Shown here piece by piece: positions 1-9,996 of a stretch of 64,000 bases of DNA. Numbering within the stretch: position 1 is the stretch's first letter; each line of letters starts with the position of its first letter. Below the pieces are notes generated by a model, which was not told where the DNA came from, ran no database searches, and saw nothing but the letters and a program-made list of their open reading frames with translations. Source of the DNA: Candidatus Poribacteria bacterium (GTDB lineage Bacteria > Poribacteria > WGA-4E > JAJDTR01); NCBI GenBank assembly GCA_965222225.1, contig CBDCTK010000002.1, positions 3,680,001 to 3,744,000 of the forward strand, written 5' to 3'. The translations under genes and the position numbers were made by a program.

Positions 1-405
1 TTTCTCTATTTGACAAAATTCACCAAGAGCGCTGATTATCACTTCCTTCAGCGACTCAAGGGGCGTTGTTTGAGCCAAATCGTCAAGCGTTGATTCGCCG
101 CGCCAATCCAACAGCAGGCAGAAATCCGGATCCGATTGCCACACAATCTCTGGGACACTGCAACCGGCGTCGCGCAGCGTCGAAAGCACTGCCGATTCTA
201 CCTCAAATGGCGTAAACGCCGAATCCCCGATGGGGCGTGTGATAAAGTGCTGTTTGAGCAGGTAGCTCTGTCCATTAACTATCACCCGCCAGAGGCTGTT
301 TCTCTCGACGCTGCCGTGCTTTATCGGCGCGACGTGCAGGCATTCCGGCGACTTACCAAATAGATCCGCAACCTTTGGAATAATACGCGGCAATTCAGGG
401 AACAT
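1..405 (-). CDS. Aminoglycoside-phosphotransferase/kinase-like protein, N-terminal part (runs off window start)
   Basis: My translation: open frame from ATG at 405 to the window edge, MFPELPRIIPKVADLFG...SLWRVIVNGQSYLLKQH...FEVESAVLSTLRDAGCSVPEIVW..., resembling an APH-like N-lobe; not in the ORF track. Confidence 0.55.
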   Translation of the reverse strand, partial: MFPELPRIIPKVADLFGKSPECLHVAPIKHGSVERNSLWRVIVNGQSYLLKQHFITRPIGDSAFTPFEVESAVLSTLRDAGCSVPEIVWQSDPDFCLLLDWRGESTLDDLAQTTPLESLKEVIISALGEFCQIEK

Positions 406-748
406 AGGCGTGAGCACCCAGTCGATCGAATCTGTTGCGGAGCAGTATACCGCAAGTCAGCCCATCGTTCCAACCCTATCGTGTTTAGCTAGCCAAACTG
501 CCTGCGACTAGTGTAGGGGACTGCCCCTGTGCCGTCCCGGAATTGTAGGGTGGGATCGGCGATTGTCAAATCGTCGAATTCCCTTCATCTCTTACCGCCC
601 ATCATCCTTCCCTTCTTCCACCCTTCCATCCTTCCTCATCCCCTGCGATTCGATGCAATTGCCCTTGTTCGCATGTATTGTCTATCGCATCTGGAGGCCG
701 GATGTGATATAATTAACCGCTAATTTTTGTTGAAATCGGGAGCATAAC

Positions 749-3700
749 GTGTCAAAGATTAAACTCATCGTCTGGTTAATTTTCCTTTTGTCCGGGGCAA
801 GCGGCCTCGTCTATGAAGTCATCTGGACGCGCCAACTCACGCTGCTTTTCGGCAGCACCGTGTTCGCTACAAGCACAGTCTTGACGGCGTTTATGGCGGG
901 ATTGGCACTTGGAAGCTACTACTTCGGACGCTTGGCAGACCGCGAGAAACGCCCATTGCGTCTGTACGCCCTCCTCGAAGTCGGAATTGGGGTGTTCGCA
1001 CTGATTTGGCCCCTGCTATTAAGCGTGTTGAACGCCATATACATTCTCGCGTATCGAGGCCTTGATGCCGAATTTTACTCCCTATCGTTGATCCGTTTTG
1101 TCCTTTCGTTCCTCGTGCTGCTCCTTCCATCAACGTTGATGGGCGGAACACTCCCCATCCTGAGCCGCTTCTTTGTAAACCGCTTGGAAAAACTCGGTCT
1201 CAATGTCGGTGCGCTTTACGCGTTAAACACCTTCGGCGCCGTTGTCGGCTGTGTCGCGGCGGGATTTTTCTTAATCCAGTTCCTGGGAGTCCAAGCGTCA
1301 ATTTACCTTGCCGCGGCGATAAATTTTGGTGTCGCCATTACCGCTTTTCTGCTAGACCGAAAGAGCATCCGGACTGCGAAGCCAAGCGACGATGGGATGA
1401 GCGAAACACAACCCGCCTCCGAGTCAGCGCCTGCCGATACCGGCTCTGCCCCGGTTTTCCGTCTAGTTCTTTGGGCTTTCGCCGTATCCGGGTTCTGTGC
1501 GCTCTCCTACGAAGTCTTCTGGACTCGGATTCTCGTCTTCTTCCTCGGTAGCACGACCTATGCCTTCTCGACGATGCTGGCGGCTTTTCTCTTCGGAATT
1601 GCGCTAGGGAGTTTCATCTTTGCGTGGGTTGCCGATCGCCTGAAAGCCCTTGTCAACCTCTTCGGTCTGGTTCAGATCGGGATCGGGTTAGCAGCAGTGG
1701 CGCTAATCCCCGCGTTCGGAGGACTATACGACATCAGCAGCACGCTCCAATCCATGTTCGGAGGGGGGCGGTTCTGGTCATTTGTCGCCTGCGTCATCGT
1801 GATGAGCGTTCCGACGCTATTGATGGGGATCAGTTTTCCACTCGTCGCTCGCATCTACACGGTTAATGCGGCGAAACTTGGTCGCAGCATCGGGAATGTC
1901 TACGCGCTCAACACCGTCGGATCTATCCTTGGCGCCTTCTGTGCCGGGTTCATTCTGATTCCTCTAATCGGTATCCGCCCGGGCATCGTCCTGATGGCGA
2001 TGCTGAACGTCATCACCGGGTGTGTCCTAATCTTGCGGAACGAAAAGCGATCGAGATTCTTCAACGGCGCGGCGGTCGGAGGGACCGTCCTGACCGTTGG
2101 GATTGCCGTAATTATCCTCTTCGTAGCGAACAAACCGCTCTTTCTCAAAAGTGCCATTTTCCGCACACAGCGACCGGGCGACACCGTCATTGATTACAAA
2201 GAAGAGGTTGACGCAACAGTTACGACGCTTAAGGACGATGAAGATGTGTACCGGCTATATGTGGATACGAATCAGGCAGCCGATGCTTCCCGTTGGGATT
2301 CGCCATCGCATCGCGTCATTGCGCACCTCCCGCTGCTCCTGCATCCCAACCCGAAACGAGCGCTTGTGGTAGGATTCGGCATGGGCGTAACCTCCTACTC
2401 AATCACGCAGCACGGTGTTCGCGTCGACGCCGTCGAGATCTCGAAAGGAGTAATTGACTCCGCGCGAGCGCATTTCAGCCATGTGAACCACGACGTTCTT
2501 GATAATCCGCTCTTCAGCCATTCAGTCAATGACGGACGGAACTATATTCTGATGACCGAGCGGAAATACGACATGATCTCAACCGGAATTATCCATCCAT
2601 TGGTCAGTGCGGGAAGTTCAAACATCTACACGGCGGATTTTTACCGACTTTGCCAGCGGATCCTAACCGACGACGGAATCATGTGCCAATGGGTGCCGCT
2701 GCACCGCGTGCCCGAGGAACACTACAAGACAATCGTGAGAACATTCGTCAAGGTGTTTCCCCACACAACGCTCTGGTACAAATATACCCCTGATTTTGTC
2801 ATCTTGATCGGCACGCCTCGACCACTCAGGATTAACTACAATGACTTTCTGGCGCGCGCCCAAATCCCAAGCATCCGTGAAGGGTTGGCGCACGATGATT
2901 TGGACGGTATGTCACTGCTCGACTCGTTCATGATGGGCGAGAAACGGGTGCTCGAATATGTTGGGGAGGGGCGCATTCATACAGACAACCACCCGCTTCT
3001 GGAATTTTTCCGTACGCAAGATTTGGCGAATACAACAGCTGCCAACGTCGCCGGGATGACGAAACACCGCGAACGGGTGACCTCCTATTTGGACAACTAC
3101 GGACGCACGATGGGCGAAAAGGCGGAGGTCAGACGTAAGTCTCGTGTATACTTCAATGCCACTCAGAAACTGATTGGCGGACAGATTGAGTACGCTAAGG
3201 GACAATACGACCGAGCGGCCGGTTTGCTAAATCAGGCAGTCGCCATCAATCCGGATGATGACACGATTCGCTATAACCTCCGTGTTGTCGCGGACCTCTT
3301 CAACAAGGAATACCAAGGGGAACTCAAGCAACTTGAGCAACTCGTGAAACAGGCGCAGCAGAAGGACCCCAAAGACGCCGAGGGTTATTTCCAACTGGCA
3401 GTCATTTACGAAGGGCAAGGCAAGCTGGAGGAGGCAGGCGAAGCATTGGAGCAGGCAATCGATCTCGCGCCGGATCAAGTCCATTTCTTCCTACTGCTTG
3501 GACCCATCTATGAGCGGCAAGATCGCTTTGACGAGGCATTGCGCACCTACCAGCGGCTTGAAACAGTGGATGCAAACCTACCGTCCCCAATCTTGCAGGC
3601 GATGGCGTTAATCCAGCATCAAAAGAACGAGCACGACGAAGCGCTTAACTACGCTCAACGGGCGTTTGAGGCGGACGCAACTTCATGGCGCGTCCATTAT

Positions 3701-3937
3701 CTCTTGGGTAGCATTCATGCCGCTCAAGCTCGGGTTCAGTTAGCGATTCAATTCTATCGACGGGCAATCGAACTCGCACCCAATGAACCGATACCGCACA
3801 CCGACTTGGCAGCGTTATATTTCTCGCAAAAGCGGTATGATGACGCACTGAAAGCCAATGCGTCTGCAATCCGCCTCGTACCCGATGTTCCGGAACTTGA
3901 GGAGCAGCGACGACGGATCCAGGATGCGATGCGATAG
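749..3937 (+). CDS. Fused membrane (MFS-like) / spermidine-synthase-like domain protein with C-terminal TPRs
   Basis: SGASGLVYEVIWTR, LMGGTLP and GALYALNTFGA membrane motifs; VVGFGMGVT, VEIS and NDGRNY SAM-binding motifs; TPR-like helical repeats at the C-terminus. Confidence 0.85.
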   Translation: MSKIKLIVWLIFLLSGASGLVYEVIWTRQLTLLFGSTVFATSTVLTAFMAGLALGSYYFGRLADREKRPLRLYALLEVGIGVFALIWPLLLSVLNAIYILAYRGLDAEFYSLSLIRFVLSFLVLLLPSTLMGGTLPILSRFFVNRLEKLGLNVGALYALNTFGAVVGCVAAGFFLIQFLGVQASIYLAAAINFGVAITAFLLDRKSIRTAKPSDDGMSETQPASESAPADTGSAPVFRLVLWAFAVSGFCALSYEVFWTRILVFFLGSTTYAFSTMLAAFLFGIALGSFIFAWVADRLKALVNLFGLVQIGIGLAAVALIPAFGGLYDISSTLQSMFGGGRFWSFVACVIVMSVPTLLMGISFPLVARIYTVNAAKLGRSIGNVYALNTVGSILGAFCAGFILIPLIGIRPGIVLMAMLNVITGCVLILRNEKRSRFFNGAAVGGTVLTVGIAVIILFVANKPLFLKSAIFRTQRPGDTVIDYKEEVDATVTTLKDDEDVYRLYVDTNQAADASRWDSPSHRVIAHLPLLLHPNPKRALVVGFGMGVTSYSITQHGVRVDAVEISKGVIDSARAHFSHVNHDVLDNPLFSHSVNDGRNYILMTERKYDMISTGIIHPLVSAGSSNIYTADFYRLCQRILTDDGIMCQWVPLHRVPEEHYKTIVRTFVKVFPHTTLWYKYTPDFVILIGTPRPLRINYNDFLARAQIPSIREGLAHDDLDGMSLLDSFMMGEKRVLEYVGEGRIHTDNHPLLEFFRTQDLANTTAANVAGMTKHRERVTSYLDNYGRTMGEKAEVRRKSRVYFNATQKLIGGQIEYAKGQYDRAAGLLNQAVAINPDDDTIRYNLRVVADLFNKEYQGELKQLEQLVKQAQQKDPKDAEGYFQLAVIYEGQGKLEEAGEALEQAIDLAPDQVHFFLLLGPIYERQDRFDEALRTYQRLETVDANLPSPILQAMALIQHQKNEHDEALNYAQRAFEADATSWRVHYLLGSIHAAQARVQLAIQFYRRAIELAPNEPIPHTDLAALYFSQKRYDDALKANASAIRLVPDVPELEEQRRRIQDAMR

Positions 3938-4049
3938 AAGTCTTCTGGCTGTCATTTTGGTCGATTTAAACCCTATTGAGAATCATCACTGTAAATACTT
4001 TTGCTTTTTTATAGAGATTCAGGAAGTAAAAAGGAGCTATCGGTAACAA

Positions 4050-5303
4050 ATGCAGATTCAATCACCAAAGGGGACGCGAGACATCCTCCCTTCAGACATC
4101 CAAACTTGGCAGTGGGTGGAGAAAGTCGCGCGGTCGATTTTCGAGACCTACGGCTATCAAGAGATTCGCACGCCGATTTTCGAGAGCACCGAACTCTTTG
4201 TGCGCGGCGTAGGCGATACCACCGACATCGTTGAAAAGGAGATGTACACCTTCAACGACAAAGCCAACCGCAGCATCACGCTCCGTCCGGAAGGCACGGC
4301 GCCGGTAGTTCGCGCGATTCTCCAGAATCGGCTGCTGGAGGGAACGAATGTGCTGAAGCTGTACTACAATGGACGAATGTACCGCTACGAAAGACCGCAG
4401 GCTGGACGTTTTCGCGAGCACTGGCAGGTGGGAGTGGAAGTCTTCGGGGCTGCGGACCCCGCCGTAGATGCGGAAGTTATTTCACTAGCCCACCACTTTT
4501 ACTCGACGCTCGGTTTCAAAGATCTGATGTTACGCCTCAACACCATCGGCGATCGCGCTTGCCGCCCAAACTATGTAACGGAACTCAAGACGTTCACAAA
4601 AAGCCGCCTGGACCTCTTCTGCAAAGAGTGCCAAGGTCGCTATGAACGCAATCCGTTACGCCTCTTCGATTGCAAGAAGGGCTGCCGCGAAATCCTGAAT
4701 GAAGGGCCTCGACTGGTGGACTACCTATGTGAACCGTGCCGTGAACATTTCGACTCGGTCAAGAGTTACTTGGAGGTGTCACAGATTGATTATACCGAAA
4801 ATCCGGATCTCGTGAGAGGGATGGATTACTACTCTCGCACCACGTTTGAATTCACCGCGGGCGGTCTCGGTGCACAGAACGCAATCGGAGGCGGCGGACG
4901 CTACGATTACCTTGTCGAAGAACTCGGCAATAAGCCGACACCGGGCATCGGGTTCGGGCTTGGCGTTGACCGCATAATTCTCGCCTTGAAGGCGCAAGAA
5001 GTTGCGATTCCGACGCAGCCACCCGTCGAAGTGTATATCGCCGTGCTCGGGGAAGAGACGATGCCCGCCGCCTTTCAGTTGGCGCAACGCCTTCGGGTGG
5101 GAGACATCAGAACCGAGCTTGAGTACACCGGACGCAGCTTGAAAGCCCAGATGAAGACAGCAAACAAGCTGAATGCGCGGTATGTCGTCATCCTCGGTGA
5201 AGATGAAATTCGGGACAAAACGGCGACAATTCGCGATATGGAGACCGGCGACCAACAATCCATCGCGTTCGATCGATTAGTAGACGAACTTAGGAAACAG
5301 TAA
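4050..5303 (+). CDS. hisS: Histidine--tRNA ligase
   Basis: KGTRD, KEMYTF, LRPEGTA, RYERPQAGRFRE, LVRGMDYY, GGGGRYD. Confidence 0.98.
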   Translation: MQIQSPKGTRDILPSDIQTWQWVEKVARSIFETYGYQEIRTPIFESTELFVRGVGDTTDIVEKEMYTFNDKANRSITLRPEGTAPVVRAILQNRLLEGTNVLKLYYNGRMYRYERPQAGRFREHWQVGVEVFGAADPAVDAEVISLAHHFYSTLGFKDLMLRLNTIGDRACRPNYVTELKTFTKSRLDLFCKECQGRYERNPLRLFDCKKGCREILNEGPRLVDYLCEPCREHFDSVKSYLEVSQIDYTENPDLVRGMDYYSRTTFEFTAGGLGAQNAIGGGGRYDYLVEELGNKPTPGIGFGLGVDRIILALKAQEVAIPTQPPVEVYIAVLGEETMPAAFQLAQRLRVGDIRTELEYTGRSLKAQMKTANKLNARYVVILGEDEIRDKTATIRDMETGDQQSIAFDRLVDELRKQ

Positions 5304-5318
5304 ATCTAGGGAGCTTTC

Positions 5319-5340
5319 GTAGGGTGGGCACTGCCCACCA
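5319..5340 (+). repeat. GTAG-type REP hairpin, family A (GTAGGGTGGGCAcTGCCCACCA); other copies 5720-5741, 7937-7958, 7992-8013, 9722-9742, 14767-14788, 15359-15415 (interrupted), 23064-23085
   Basis: Near-identical GTAG + GGTGGGCA-n-TGCCCACC palindromes, all intergenic. Confidence 0.9.
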
Positions 5341-5372
5341 GCCTTTTTTCCATGCAATATCCCCTCTAGGCG

Positions 5373-5441
5373 ATCAAGCGAACGAATAGATCAACCGAGT
5401 GAATAGCGAGGACGATAGAGATCCCAGTGCGATAGAGATCC
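5373..5441 (+). repeat. 35-nt mini-element, double nest (inner copy 5390-5424)
   Basis: atcaagcgaacgaatag[atcaaccgagtgaatagcgaggacgatagagatcc]cagtgcgatagagatcc. Confidence 0.85.
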
Positions 5442-5541
5442 ATGAAGGTTTATAGAACCGCAGAAACCCAACGCATCTAAGCCCCAGCGCGGGCGATAGA
5501 AGTCCCACAGGTGACAACTTGCGTTAATCTAGGAAATCCTT

Positions 5542-5566
5542 GTAGGGAATAAAGATCGTTATTCCC
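5542..5566 (+). repeat. GTAG-type REP hairpin, family C (GGGAATAA-gatcg-TTATTCCC); copies 58584-58608 and 63569-63596
   Basis: Three intergenic near-identical palindromes. Confidence 0.75.
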
Positions 5567-5915
5567 CTTATGATGTCCCGAATCAACGTGCATCGGAAGG
5601 CAGACATCGTTTATGGCAGCGCAATTCACCCCATGCCTACTGTAGGAGCGAGTTTCACTCGCGACAGAAGGTCGCGCCACCTAGAGGAGGTCTCTGCGGA
5701 ACTCTATCGCGCTCCTATGGTAGGGTGGGCATTGCCCACCATTCCCAAACGCGTTGATCGCGCCGCAAACCAACTCAAACTTCATTGTGATTCCACCGCA
5801 GATCGGTTTGTAGCAGCAATCTTCGACTATAAAATCGCCCATTTCCCTTTTTCAGTGCACCTCATGAATAAAACTCTGACCTACTCATACAACAAGGAGA
5901 AACGAAATACACAAA

Positions 5916-7913
5916 ATGCCTGAAATGAAAAGGACGCACTATTGCGGAGAACTACGGCTCGCCGATGCCGGAAAATCTGCCCGATTAACCGGCTGGGTAG
6001 CCCGCCGTCGAGATCACGGCGGCGTCATTTTCGTCGACGTGCGGGATCGGACGGGAATCACCCAGGTCGTCTTTGACCCCGAGATTGACCCCGAGCCGCA
6101 CCAACTAGCACACCAGATCCGGAACGAATTTGTGCTGAGCGTCGCCGGAAGCGTGCGCGAGCGCGTCGAAGGCGATTTATTGGCGCTGACCGATCGGAAG
6201 CATCAAGCCGACCTTGATGCCGGGCATCTCTCCGAAGAATTGAAATCCACTTTCGAGAACGATAGACATTCACTCTCGGCGGATGTGACGATTTCCGTTC
6301 GAGAAGCCGGAAGCCGATGGCTTATCACCGACAATGAAAGCAAGCGCACCTACGCGGCCAAAGTCGTTGACGATGCCCTCCACATCTATCAGGGCACCAT
6401 CAATCCGGAACTTGCCACGGGCGAAATCGAACTGGCAACGGTTCAGCTTGAGATTTTGAACCGCGCCGAAACGCCTCCGTTCCCCGTTGAGGATGATATC
6501 GACACCGACGAGGAGATTCGCATGATATACCGATACATCGATCTCCGTCGTCCCAAGATGCAAAAGACTTTGGCGGTTCGACACAAAGCCATGCTCGCCG
6601 CCCGGAAATACATGGATGAACAGGGGTTCCTTGAAATCGAAACCCCAATCCTGATGAACAGCACGCCGGAAGGCGCACGGGACGTGCTGGTGCCAAGCCG
6701 ACTCAACGCTGGCAGCTTCTACGCGCTTCCCCAGTCGCCGCAGCAGTTCAAGCAAATCTTGATGATGAGCGGCGTCGATCGCTATTTCCAGATTCCTCGC
6801 TGCTTCCGCGATGAGGACACCCGCGCCGACCGCCAACTTGAGTTCACGCAACTCGATCTTGAGATGTCTTTCGCGACGGTGGATGACGTTCTCGAAGTCA
6901 CAGAGGGGTTGATGAAACGCATGTTTGAGGAAGCTGCGGACATTCCCGTACCAACGCCGTTTCCGCGTATCTCCTACCACGACTCCATGACGCGGTTCGG
7001 CAACGACAAACCGGACACCCGTTTCGGGATGGAGCTCTCCGAGCTCTCCGACCTCGTCGCCGACTGTGATTTCAAGGTGTTTACCGGTGCCTTGGAACGA
7101 AAGGGGCGGGTCAAGGGAATCGCCGTTCCCGGCGGAGCGGTGTTTTCCAGAAAAGAGATTGAGAACTTGACCGAATTTGTCGCAATCTACAAAGCGAGGG
7201 GATTGGCGTGGATTAAAGTCGCAGAGAAGGGATTCGAGTCCAGCATCGTCAAGTTCTTCAGCGAGGAGACGCTCAAGGCGGTGGCGGAACGGATGGGAGC
7301 AAAGCCGGGTGACATCATGATGTTCGTCGCCGATAAGCCGAAGATAGTCGCCGACGCCCTGTCGAATCTCCGACTTCGGCTCGGACGGCAACTCGGTCTT
7401 ATCGACGAGAGCCGTTTCGACTTCCTGTGGATTGTCGATTATCCGCTATTCGAGTGGAACGAAGACGAAAACCGTTACGAACCCTTCCACCATCTCTTCA
7501 CCGCGCCCACCGACGACAGCATTCCGCTTTTGGAGACCGATCCGGGGGACGCCCAATCGCAGCACTACGATCTCGTCATCAACGGCATAGAGATTTGCAG
7601 CGGCAGCGTACGAATCCATCGCTGGGATATTCAGCAGAAAGTGTTGGAACTCCTGAACATCGGTCCCGAGGAAGTCGAAAGCCGATATGGCTACTTCATC
7701 AAAGCCTTGCAACACGGCACGCCGCCGCACGCCGGCATTGCGCCCGGGCTGGATCGCATCCTGATGCTGATGACCGGCGAAGAGAATATCCGCGAAGTCA
7801 TCGCCTTCCCGAAAACCCAAAAAGGCTTATGCCTCCTCACCAGCGCCCCCTCCCAAGTCACCGACGAGCAGTTGGAGGAATTATCAATCAAAGTGGATCT
7901 GGAGCAGGAATAA
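5916..7913 (+). CDS. aspS: Aspartate--tRNA ligase (probably non-discriminating), with a ~74-aa insertion in the anticodon-binding domain
   Basis: RTHYCG, RRDHGG, TPEGARD, LPQSPQQFKQ, CFRDED, PPHAGIAPGLDR, FPKT. Confidence 0.97.
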   Translation: MPEMKRTHYCGELRLADAGKSARLTGWVARRRDHGGVIFVDVRDRTGITQVVFDPEIDPEPHQLAHQIRNEFVLSVAGSVRERVEGDLLALTDRKHQADLDAGHLSEELKSTFENDRHSLSADVTISVREAGSRWLITDNESKRTYAAKVVDDALHIYQGTINPELATGEIELATVQLEILNRAETPPFPVEDDIDTDEEIRMIYRYIDLRRPKMQKTLAVRHKAMLAARKYMDEQGFLEIETPILMNSTPEGARDVLVPSRLNAGSFYALPQSPQQFKQILMMSGVDRYFQIPRCFRDEDTRADRQLEFTQLDLEMSFATVDDVLEVTEGLMKRMFEEAADIPVPTPFPRISYHDSMTRFGNDKPDTRFGMELSELSDLVADCDFKVFTGALERKGRVKGIAVPGGAVFSRKEIENLTEFVAIYKARGLAWIKVAEKGFESSIVKFFSEETLKAVAERMGAKPGDIMMFVADKPKIVADALSNLRLRLGRQLGLIDESRFDFLWIVDYPLFEWNEDENRYEPFHHLFTAPTDDSIPLLETDPGDAQSQHYDLVINGIEICSGSVRIHRWDIQQKVLELLNIGPEEVESRYGYFIKALQHGTPPHAGIAPGLDRILMLMTGEENIREVIAFPKTQKGLCLLTSAPSQVTDEQLEELSIKVDLEQE

Positions 7914-8131
7914 CTCATGCGGTGGTGTCCTGCTTTGTAGGGTGCGCATTGCGCACCAGCCTTTGTAAGCCCCAATGACGCGACAGTTGTTGTAGGGTAG
8001 GCATCGCCCACCAGCGTTTGATTTTATAGGGTGGGATTTGCGATTACAAATCGCAGATTTCTTCTCTTACCGCCCATCAGCCTTTGGTTTTGTAGCATAA
8101 ACATTCCCCACTAACAACGCCGTGTCGCCTA

Positions 8132-8413
8132 TTATGCGCGCTCGGTTTCGCGCACTCTTTTTCCGCGGTGATAGACATCGGTAGGCATGTCCTTGCGTGC
8201 GAGTGGGTGCGCTAAATTGTAATCCGCCCCCTGCTTTCTCAAGCGAACGCCACTCCCCGATGCAGCAATAACGCGTTCGTATTCCTCAATTAAACGGTAA
8301 AATTCCAATAGTAGTTGATGGTCAACTTTCGGTTTTTTTAGTATTTCCATGTCAGTTTTCCTGTGAGTCTTGACCCCTTGAACGAAAATAGAGTATTGCT
8401 GAGAGTTTTTCAT
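8132..8413 (-). CDS. Hypothetical protein
   Basis: ATG at 8413 preceded by GAAAGGAAG; divergent from the XRE regulator. Confidence 0.5.
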   Translation of the reverse strand: MKNSQQYSIFVQGVKTHRKTDMEILKKPKVDHQLLLEFYRLIEEYERVIAASGSGVRLRKQGADYNLAHPLARKDMPTDVYHRGKRVRETERA

Positions 8414-8526
8414 GGTGAGCTTCCTTTCAATTTTGTAGTATAATATCATGATTTTACCGCTTAATTCCAGCGTTTTACCCTCACGACCAACGAACAATTT
8501 CAATCCCAATATCTGAGATAATCTTC

Positions 8527-9679
8527 ATGGCTGAATACATGAAAGGGATTAATCCCGACATAATCAAGTGGGCGAGAGAACGCTCGGGATACACGCTTAA
8601 GGAAGTCGCCGATTCCGTCAACAAGGACGCTGAAACCATCTCCAACTGGGAGTCCGGGAGTTCCGCACCGACCTATGCCCAGCTTGAAAAACTGGCTGAC
8701 AAATTCAAACGTCCCACCGCTCTGTTCTTCTTCCCAGAAATTCCACAAGAACCCAATCTCGTGAACCAGTTTTCGTTACGAAGTTCGGAAATTGAGAAAC
8801 TGAGTCCAAAAATCCATCTGCTATTGCGTCAAGCAGCCGCTAGACAGATTTCATTGATGGAGCTGAATATGGGCGTGAATCCTGCGGAAACAAGAATTTT
8901 TCGCGATCTTCATGCCCAACTTGATGCCCCTTTAGCGGACATAGCACGCCAAACCCGGGAGTATTTGGATGTGAGCGTTGAAACCCAAGCAAGTTGGAGC
9001 AACCCGACGAAGGCCCTCGAAATCTGGCGAGACCGTATTGAGGAAAAAGGCATCTTCGTATTCAAAGACGCATTCCGGAGCGACGTTGTTGATGGTTTTT
9101 GTCTAGTCCATAATGAGTTTCCTGTTATCTATCTGAACAATAGTATGCCCCATTCCAGACAGATTTTCACACTCTTTCATGAGTTGGCTCACTTACTGTT
9201 CCGGCGGAATGGCATCACACGCGGCGTCAAAATTGGAGGGGAGAGAATTGAGCGGTTTTGCAACCAATTTGCCGCTGAATTTCTGGTGCCATCTTCCGAT
9301 TTGGAAACGCGGCTTGATTTCCCAAATTACGATGATACTGCAATTGGGGAGTTGACAAGTCATTATAAAGTTAGTCGTCCGGTTATACTGCTCAAACTGA
9401 TCGAGCAAAACATCTTCACACCAGCCGACTATGAACATAAAGATAAAAAAATGGAAAGAGGTATACGAATCTAGCCTTGAAAAAGTGGCGGAGAGCAAGA
9501 GATCTGGCGGAGGAGACTATTACAATACCCGTGCAATCTACTTAGGCTACAGATTCCTAGAGCTCGCTTTCGGCAAATATCATCAAGGAGGGTGTTCAAT
9601 TGAAGAACTCGCAGGGCATCTGAATGTCAAAGTCAAGAATTTGCCTGGGCTGGAAGACCGTCTACTCGGAGGATCATGA
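8527..9679 (+). pseudogene. XRE-family HTH + ImmA/IrrE metallopeptidase, split by a frameshift near the A7 run at 9445-9451
   Basis: N-terminal HTH (TISNWESG), FTLFHELAH HExxH, ERFCNQFAAEFLVP; the C-terminus (GGGDYYNT...LNVKVKNL) continues in ORF 9431-9679. Confidence 0.8.
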
Positions 9680-9996
9680 AATCCTCGAATTCCCTTTTCA
9701 TCTTTCAGGTGCGTAAAAACTGTAAGGTAGGCATCGCCCACCGTGAAGGATTTGGCAAGTACCCAAGCCAGTTTTCGATCTGAAACTACGCGGTATTTTC
9801 CACTAGCCAAAATATCTAGAAAAGGGTATGATATCAACGTTGATACGCTAACCTTCGCGGAAATCTGATGTCTTCAAAGCGGCGTTTTAGGTTCGTAAAT
9901 GTGAAGATGGCGACCTGCCTTGTCTCTGCTTCGACGATTTGACTTTACTATAAATACTGGCAGTTTTAGAATAAAACGTACCACTGGAAGGAAATC

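Noticed and set aside
599-640. CTTCCA-type short tandem repeats (also ~63823-63848) and CCACTA/G heptamers (~19424-19447, ~25246-25267)
   Set aside because: Short, degenerate low-complexity intergenic tracts; no function can be supported.
3917-3943. Possible degenerate mini-element at the end of the first gene (gcgatagaagtc); similar weak matches at ~25179-25208, ~29042-29067 and ~48958-48985
   Set aside because: Only partial matches; cannot be distinguished from chance without a profile search.
5570-5923. ORF between hisS and aspS
   Set aside because: Runs through REP and mini-element patchwork; likely spurious.
6174-6395. AspRS insert as an intein
   Set aside because: No N-terminal Cys/Ser, no His-Asn end, and too short.
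6270-7391. Long antisense ORFs (6270-7391, 20521-21351, 23864-24685 and others)
   Set aside because: Shadow frames opposite well-supported genes, with no motifs.
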